21,770 nt of DNA from Planctomycetota bacterium. Its GTDB lineage: Bacteria > Planctomycetota > Phycisphaerae > Phycisphaerales > UBA1924. Below are positions 7,943 through 13,958 of the stretch, piece by piece; the first letter of the stretch is position 1, and each line of letters starts with the position of its first letter. Under the pieces are notes generated by a model, which was not told the origin of the DNA, searched no databases, and saw nothing but the letters and a program-made list of their open reading frames with translations. Location: the NCBI GenBank assembly GCA_022567535.1, contig JADFGU010000012.1, positions 1 to 21,770 of the forward strand, in the 5' to 3' direction. A program made the translations under genes and the position numbers.

Positions 7943-9229
7943 GTGACGTTCCTGTTCGAGACCATCAAGCTCGGCGTGCAGAATCTACGCCTGCACCTGC
8001 TGAGGTCCATCCTCACCACCTCGGGCATCGTGTTCGGCATCGCAGCCGTGATCGTGATGGTCAGCATCGGCGAGGGCTCGACCCGCCAGGCACTGCTCAT
8101 GATCGAGAGCCTCGGTGCCACCAACATCATCGTCCGCTCGCAGAAACCACCCGAATCCGGGCAGCAGCAGGGCGGGCAGCAGAGCGGCTTCATACAGCAG
8201 TTCGGCATCACTCGCGCAGACCTCGCCGTCATCAGGGAGCACTTCCGCGAGGGCGTCGAGGCGATCGTCCCCGTCAAGGCCGTCGGAGGCCAGCTGCTCA
8301 AGGATGATCGCGTTCAGACCAGCCAGGCCTTCGGCACTACCCCCGAGCTACGCGACGTCGCCAACCTCCGCGTGGCCCGAGGACGATACCTCTCACCGGA
8401 GGATCTCGATCGAAGGGCTCTGGTCGCCGTCATCGGGTCGGAGGTTGCCCGGATCCTGTTCCCCTTCGACGACCCGCTCGGCGACACCATCCGCATCGAC
8501 GAGGCGGCGCTGATCGTCGTGGGCGTGCTCGAACCCGTCGGCCTCTCAGGCGGCGCGGGCGCCTTGCTCATCGGACGCGACCTCAACCTCGACGTTCACA
8601 TCCCGCTCACGACCGCCAAAGCCAAGTTCGGCGACGTCGTCATTCGACGGCAGAGCGGCTCCACCGACGCCCAGGAGGTCCAGGTGTCCGAGGTCTATGT
8701 CAAGGTGACCGATCGCGAGCAGGTGCTCATCGACGCCGCCCGCCTGCGACGCCTGATGGAGGTGCGCCATCCCGGGCTCACCGATATCGAGCTGATCGTC
8801 CCCTTCGAGCTGCTCCAGGCCGCCAAGACCAGGGCGCGCACCGGCCGCGTCGTCTCGGCCGCCATCGCCGGCGTCTCGCTGCTCGTCGGCGGCATCGGCA
8901 TCATGAACATCATGCTCGCCTCCGTCACCGAGCGCACACGCGAGATCGGAATCCGCCGCGCGCTCGGCGCCACACGAAAACATATCATCTGGCAGTTCCT
9001 CATCGAGACCAGCGTGCTCAGCTCGATCGGCGGAGTGATCGGCGTCGGCCTCGGCATCGGCGTCAGCGTCGCCATGGAAAAGGGAATCGCCGACCTCCCC
9101 ACCGTCATCACCGGGTGGTCCATTGTCGTCGCGCTCGTCGTCGCGACCCTCACCGGGCTGATCGCCGGCATGTACCCCGCCCGCAAGGCCGCCATGCAGG
9201 ACCCCATCGTCGCCCTCAGACACGATTAG
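7943..9229 (+). CDS. ABC-transporter permease, MacB/FtsX family (N-terminal TM, MacB-type periplasmic domain, FtsX 3-TM bundle). GTG start.
   Basis: The 428-aa product has the N-terminal motif LRSILTTSGIVFGIAAVIVMVSIGEG and a C-terminal FtsX domain (GGIGIMNIMLASVTERTREIGIRRALGATR...). There is an in-frame TAA 12 nt upstream of the GTG. Confidence 0.9.
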   Translation: MTFLFETIKLGVQNLRLHLLRSILTTSGIVFGIAAVIVMVSIGEGSTRQALLMIESLGATNIIVRSQKPPESGQQQGGQQSGFIQQFGITRADLAVIREHFREGVEAIVPVKAVGGQLLKDDRVQTSQAFGTTPELRDVANLRVARGRYLSPEDLDRRALVAVIGSEVARILFPFDDPLGDTIRIDEAALIVVGVLEPVGLSGGAGALLIGRDLNLDVHIPLTTAKAKFGDVVIRRQSGSTDAQEVQVSEVYVKVTDREQVLIDAARLRRLMEVRHPGLTDIELIVPFELLQAAKTRARTGRVVSAAIAGVSLLVGGIGIMNIMLASVTERTREIGIRRALGATRKHIIWQFLIETSVLSSIGGVIGVGLGIGVSVAMEKGIADLPTVITGWSIVVALVVATLTGLIAGMYPARKAAMQDPIVALRHD

Positions 9230-9261
9230 CACCCGCTCAGATTCAGTTTTCACGTCAAGAC

Positions 9262-9370
9262 CAGCGCAAGACGCCGAGTCTGAGTCCGCGAAGGCTCGGA
9301 TATCTGCGCTGACGCATAATCCGAGCCTTCGCCCCCGCAGCGGGCTCAGACTCGGCGTCCGTTCAGTCCC
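9262..9370. repeat. REP/MITE-like palindromic element, copy A. Two inverted units (GACGCCGAGTCTGAG-yCCGC-N-GAAGGCTCGGAT) are separated by 17 nt, between convergent genes.
   Basis: The left unit at 9270-9301 and the right unit at 9319-9359 are reverse-complementary with small indels. Each unit is itself a hairpin (CCGAG...GCCCGC.GCGGGC...CTCGG). A shared 3' flank CCGTTCAGtCC is present. Related copies lie at 16426-16464 and 18968-19068. Confidence 0.65.
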
Positions 9371-9396
9371 GGGCGCGAAGCGCTGATTGACTCCCC

Positions 9397-10011
9397 CTAC
9401 ACCTGCGCATCCGAGACCGGCTCGGGCGCTGCCGCGTGGTTCTCCTCCGCCTTGGATCCGGCATCGTCTTTGGGCGGCGGCGCCTTCAACCGCGCCTTGA
9501 TCCCGTCGATCTTCCCCTTGTCGGGCGCGAGCACGATGTTGGCGCTCCGTCCGGACCAGCGCGGCGGCTGCTCCACCTTGCAGATGTCGGACAGCTCGTC
9601 CGCGACCTGCACCAGGTGATTCAGCCCCAGTTCCTTGTGCGCCATCTCACGCCCGCGGAACCGCTGCGTCACCAGCACCTTGTGCCCGGCCATCAGGAAC
9701 CGACGCGCCTGCTCGATCCGGATCCCGATGTCGTGCGGGTCGATCTTGACCGAGCGCCCGAGGCGGATCTCCTTCATTTCCGTCGCCCTGTTCGCAGACC
9801 CGCCCCTCTTGGCCTTCTTGGAAAGCTCGTACTTGTACTTGCCGTAGTCCATGATCTTGCACACCGGCGGCCGCGAGTCCGCCACCACCTCGACAAGATC
9901 CAGTCCCGCCTCCTGGGCCAGTCGCATGGCCTCGGAGGTCTCGACCACCCCGATCTGCTCGTTGTCCGCCCCGATCAGCCGCACCGGCGTGATCCGGATC
10001 AGGTGGTTCAC
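9397..10011 (-). CDS. infC: Translation initiation factor IF-3. The GTG at 10009-10011 is from the track. An in-frame non-AUG start (AUU at 10024-10026 or AUC at 10057-10059) is likely.
   Basis: IF-3 N-domain and C-domain blocks are present: LDLVEVVADSRPPVCKIMDYGKYKYE, IRLGRSVKIDPHDIGIRIEQARRFLMAGHKVLVTQRFRGREMAH and the ANIVLAPDKGK region. A strong SD GAGGAGA (complement of 10067-10073) lies 7 nt upstream of the in-frame ATC. A TGA sits immediately upstream of that SD. Confidence 0.9.
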   Translation of the reverse strand: MNHLIRITPVRLIGADNEQIGVVETSEAMRLAQEAGLDLVEVVADSRPPVCKIMDYGKYKYELSKKAKRGGSANRATEMKEIRLGRSVKIDPHDIGIRIEQARRFLMAGHKVLVTQRFRGREMAHKELGLNHLVQVADELSDICKVEQPPRWSGRSANIVLAPDKGKIDGIKARLKAPPPKDDAGSKAEENHAAAPEPVSDAQV

Positions 10012-10385
10012 GCGTGTGCGCTTAATCGGGCCGACGTCTCTATAAAACCTTCTGGCGATTGTGAATTCTCCTCATACAGTGCTCAGCGATCGCGCCGCCC
10101 CACCGAGGGACGGAACGGATCCATGAATTGACTCTGTGCGGGCGTCAGTCATATGAGGCCGACGCGCGTTCGAACCCGCCCGATCGAATCGGCTTGAACG
10201 AGAACCATGCTTTCGCTGACGGTCGTCAAACCAGGGCGAGCCCGCGGGAGTGGGTTCGGACGCCCCTGCCGGGCATCCGTACGTGTGGGCGGCGGTCAGT
10301 CCGCTGCCGATCTGCCAAAAGGCTAACCGCCCCGACCCTGCCGGGCAAGCGCCGTCTCGCAAGAATACTGCCCCATCCGATCTGC

Positions 10386-11744
10386 TCACGAGACCGCCTG
10401 CACGATGTTGAAAACCAGGCTCCCCGCCGCCAGGGCCGCCAGAACCACCACAGCGACCTTGAGACCGCCGGATGCGCCATCCCCTCGACTGGTATCGACG
10501 GGGATCTCGACGGGCGCGGCGGCCTCGGCCTCGACCAGCGACGCCAGATCCTCCGCGTGAAGCTCACGCCGCGCGATCACCGGACGATCTCCACGCTGCA
10601 CCGCCTTCAGATCCACGATCAGATCCTCGCAGTTCTTGTAGCGCTTGCGCCGGCTCTTGGACATCATCATCTCGATGATCTCGCTGATGCCCGCCGACAG
10701 CCTCGGGTTCACGTGGTCCGGCGGAATCAACGGCGTCTTGAGATGCTTGTGCATCACCGACGACGGGCTCTTGGCGTCGAACGGGACCGAGCCCGTCAGC
10801 ATGTGGTACATCGTCGCGCCCAGCGAGTAGATGTCCGCCGGCGGACCGATGTTCTTCTCGCCGCGGATCTGCTCGGGGCTGATGTAGTACGGCGTGCCGA
10901 ACGCCTTGCCCGACTCCGCCTCCGCCGCCTCCTTGTCGCTGATCGCACGCGCCAAGCCCATGTCCGCCAGCTTCACCACGCCCTCGTGGTTGATCATGAT
11001 GTTCTTGGGCTTCACGTCCCGATGCACCAGCCCGCGATGGTGCGCGTGCTTCAACGCCACCGCCACCTGGATCACGATGTCGATCGCCGAAGCCTCGTCG
11101 AACCGCTTGTGCTTCACGATGTCGTCGTACAGCGTCCGCCCGTCGACATACTCCATCACGAAATAGTGGTACTCACCCGCCCGGCCCACGTCGTACGCCT
11201 GCACGATGTTCGGATGGTTCAGCGTGGCCGCAGCCCGTCCCTCCGCATAAAAGCGCTCGATGAACTGCGCGTTGTCGCTGTATTTTCTCGGCAGGACCTT
11301 GATCGCCACCGGCCGATCCAGCGCCAGCTGCTGCGCCTTGTACACCGTCGCCATCGCGCCGGCCCCGAGCTTCCCCAGCACCTTGTACCCGGGAATGCGC
11401 TGCCCGGTCCGCTCCGCCTCCACCACTGATCGAAGCCGCGCCAACTGAGGACGCGTCACGATCTCGTTGTCCACCAGCAGCTCAAGGAACGAGCGCTGGT
11501 TGGGATCCTCGACCTTGGCCTGCTCGACACACCGCTCGACCTCCTCCTCCGTGGCCAGCCCCTGCTCGATGACCAGGCGCGAAACCAGCGACTGCATGGT
11601 CGTGCCGGATTTCGCCGCCTCAGCCAGCCTCGCATGAGTGTCCGACAACTTTGGGTCCATCGGGTCCATCGGGGCCGTATCGTCCAGTGATGTCGCCGTC
11701 GCCTTCGTGACACGCGGCTCGGTCTTGTGTTCCGTGTGCGCCAT
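10386..11744 (-). CDS. Ser/Thr protein kinase (Hanks type) with an N-terminal T2SSE_N/MshEN-like module and a C-terminal transmembrane tail anchor. The start is uncertain: the track ORF extends to 11828.
   Basis: Kinase subdomains: GxGxxAxVYKA, VAIKVL, the catalytic loop HRDVKPKNIM, DMGLA and GTPYYISPEQ. The C-terminus has a hydrophobic stretch LKVAVVVLAALAAGSLVFNIV. The N-terminus has two LxxxLVxxGLxTxEExxxxxEQ-like repeats. A 9-bp tandem duplication at 11653-11670 encodes MDPMDP. The region upstream of ATG 11744 uses rare AGG/CGA codons. Confidence 0.8.
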   Translation of the reverse strand: MAHTEHKTEPRVTKATATSLDDTAPMDPMDPKLSDTHARLAEAAKSGTTMQSLVSRLVIEQGLATEEEVERCVEQAKVEDPNQRSFLELLVDNEIVTRPQLARLRSVVEAERTGQRIPGYKVLGKLGAGAMATVYKAQQLALDRPVAIKVLPRKYSDNAQFIERFYAEGRAAATLNHPNIVQAYDVGRAGEYHYFVMEYVDGRTLYDDIVKHKRFDEASAIDIVIQVAVALKHAHHRGLVHRDVKPKNIMINHEGVVKLADMGLARAISDKEAAEAESGKAFGTPYYISPEQIRGEKNIGPPADIYSLGATMYHMLTGSVPFDAKSPSSVMHKHLKTPLIPPDHVNPRLSAGISEIIEMMMSKSRRKRYKNCEDLIVDLKAVQRGDRPVIARRELHAEDLASLVEAEAAAPVEIPVDTSRGDGASGGLKVAVVVLAALAAGSLVFNIVQAVS

Positions 11745-11987
11745 CTGCAAGAATGCCACCTGCCAATCCGGGTCGGACCTGAACGGGCATCGGCGCCTCG
11801 ACGCGAAGAGCCGGTGGCCGTCAGACACATTCGGTCAGGCGGTCAAGGAAATGCCCGCTCAGAGCCCTATCGGCCATACGAGAACGGGACTTGGGCTGTT
11901 CCTCCAGCCCCATCCAAACACCTCCCACACGCTCCGTCGTCGCCATAATACCCCCTCTCCGGGACACCCTTCTACAATGCCCGCCCC

Positions 11988-13892
11988 ATGTTGGTCTCCC
12001 AGAGCAGGCCGCGCAATCTCAAGTGGTTCCACGCCGGCCCGCTCTTGTACGGCGACTGGGGCACCAGCCGTCTGTACGTCCTCGGGCTGGCTTTCTTCTT
12101 CACCGGGCAGGCCTCCGTCTTCTACCTCGTCGCCATCGGCCTGCTCATGGTCGCCGTCGCATGGGCCTACACCATCATCTGCCGCTCCTTTCCCGACGGC
12201 GGCGGGGTCTACGCCGCCGCACGCCAACTCGACCCCACACTCTCCGTCATCGGGGCCACACTCCTGCTGTGCGGCTATCTCATCACCGTCGGGATCTCCG
12301 TGGTCGAGGCGTTGCACTACTTCGGCGTGCCGGACGGCCCCTGGATCGTCTGGTTCAGCGCCGTCGTCATCGGGCTGATCGGAATCGTCAACTGGCTCGG
12401 TGCCCGCAGCGCCGCCCGTTTCGCGATGATCGTCGCCATCGCCGCACTGGCCGTCTCAGGCGTCATGGTCATCCTCTGTCTCCCCTACCTCGCGCAGGGG
12501 TTCCGCCACATCTCGCTCGAACCCGCGCTCGGGGCCTGGCCTCGATGGACCGCCTTCACACAGATCGTCCTCGCACTGGCCGGCGTCGAGGCCGTCGCAA
12601 ACATGACCGGCATGATGAAGAAGCCCGTCCAGCGCACCGCCAGGCGCACCATCTGGCCCGTGCTCATCGAGGTCGTCGTCCTCAATATTCTGTTCGGCAT
12701 CGCCATGACCGGCATGCTCCGGACCATCCCCGAGCTGGCCGACGTCTCCATGCCCTACGCACAGGCCCTGGCCGACCCGAACGCCGATCTCTCACACGCC
12801 ACCATCGAGTCGATCCAGGCGGTCAAGAACACCGCCATGGAGGTCCTGGCCCAGCACGCCTCGGCCAACTGGTTCGGCGACCGCGCCGGGCAGATCTTCG
12901 GCAAGACCGCCGCCGTCGTCTTCGCTCTGCTCCTGCTCTCCGCCACCAACACCGCCATCATGGCCATGGTCTCGGTCTTCTACGCCATGGCACAGGACAA
13001 GGAGCTGCCCCGCTCGCTGGCGAAACTCAACTACTCCGGCGTGCCCAGGCTGGCGCTGATCATCTCCTGCCTCTTCTCGATCGCCGTCATCATGTTCGAG
13101 CGAAGGCCCGAAAAGCTCGCCGAGCTCTACATCATCGGCGTCTGCGGCGCCATCACGGTCAGCGTCGCCAGCGTGGCGGTCAACCGCAAGCTGGATCTGC
13201 GCGCCCCGGCCCGGGTCGGGCTCTGGATCCTGAGCGTCTTCCTCGCCGCAGTCTTCCTCACCATCGTCGCCACCAAAACCAACGCCACCGTCTTCGCCGT
13301 CGCCGTCGTCTGCGTGGTGCTCATAACACGTCAGGGCCTGGCCTGGCGACGGGCCCAGCTCCCGCCGACGCTGGATGAGCCGCTCGCCGGCTGGCTGGCC
13401 GAGGTCAAACGCACCTCGCTGCAAGTCGATCCGTCCCGGCCCAAGATCATGCTCGCCGCCCGAGGCCGCTACCAGGCCGAGTTCGCCGTCGACCTCGCAC
13501 GCAGGCGAAACGCCACACTCTTCGTCATGTTCGTTCGCACGCTGCGCGTCATGGACGTGCAGCCCGGCCTCGTCCCGCGCGTTGAAGAGGATCCCGACGC
13601 GCAGCGGGCCCTGGGCACCGCCGCCGTACTCGCTCGCCAGGCCGGCGTTCCCTTCGTGCCCATCTACGTCACCAGCTCCGAGATCGCCAGCGAAATCCTC
13701 GACTACACCGTCACCCACGGCTGCGACACGGTCATCATGGGCAAGTCACGCCGCTCGCTCTTCGCACGCAAGATCGAGGGCGACGTGGTCATGCAGGTCG
13801 CCGAGCACCTCCCCGACGAGGTCGCGCTCATCACCCGCTCGGCCGACACTCCACACCTCGCCCGGCCCGGGCCCGATCACGACGACGCCTGA
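11988..13892 (+). CDS. APC-superfamily amino-acid/polyamine permease fused to a C-terminal universal stress protein (UspA) domain
   Basis: The 634-aa product has about 12 predicted TM helices in the first 440 aa (GxxxxG-rich, APC-like blocks). The final ~170 aa (KIMLAARGRYQAEFAVDLARRRNATLFVMFV...VTHGCDTVIMGKSRRS) are a Usp-like alpha/beta domain with the G-x2-G-x9-G(S/T) ATP-binding motif region. Confidence 0.8.
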   Translation: MLVSQSRPRNLKWFHAGPLLYGDWGTSRLYVLGLAFFFTGQASVFYLVAIGLLMVAVAWAYTIICRSFPDGGGVYAAARQLDPTLSVIGATLLLCGYLITVGISVVEALHYFGVPDGPWIVWFSAVVIGLIGIVNWLGARSAARFAMIVAIAALAVSGVMVILCLPYLAQGFRHISLEPALGAWPRWTAFTQIVLALAGVEAVANMTGMMKKPVQRTARRTIWPVLIEVVVLNILFGIAMTGMLRTIPELADVSMPYAQALADPNADLSHATIESIQAVKNTAMEVLAQHASANWFGDRAGQIFGKTAAVVFALLLLSATNTAIMAMVSVFYAMAQDKELPRSLAKLNYSGVPRLALIISCLFSIAVIMFERRPEKLAELYIIGVCGAITVSVASVAVNRKLDLRAPARVGLWILSVFLAAVFLTIVATKTNATVFAVAVVCVVLITRQGLAWRRAQLPPTLDEPLAGWLAEVKRTSLQVDPSRPKIMLAARGRYQAEFAVDLARRRNATLFVMFVRTLRVMDVQPGLVPRVEEDPDAQRALGTAAVLARQAGVPFVPIYVTSSEIASEILDYTVTHGCDTVIMGKSRRSLFARKIEGDVVMQVAEHLPDEVALITRSADTPHLARPGPDHDDA

Positions 13893-13958
13893 CCCACGCC
13901 AAACCCTGATCGGTCGGCTACGCTTTCGACGCGCAGCCAGGGACCGCACCGTACACGA

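Noticed and set aside
8546-9253. A 235-aa minus ORF, plus 8695..9207(-), overlapping the permease 3' half
   Set aside because: These are antisense or alternate frames of the FtsX domain. Their acidic G/D-rich low-complexity composition is not protein-like.
10072-10389. A 105-aa minus-strand ORF lying in frame with infC, separated from it only by a TGA. I briefly considered it as a readthrough or N-terminal extension.
   Set aside because: Its composition (MSRSDGAVFLRDGACPAGSGRLAFW...) is not protein-like. It overlaps the kinase stop. It has no start context. IF-3 proteins have no such extension. The TGA is more simply the end of open frame before the real infC SD and start.
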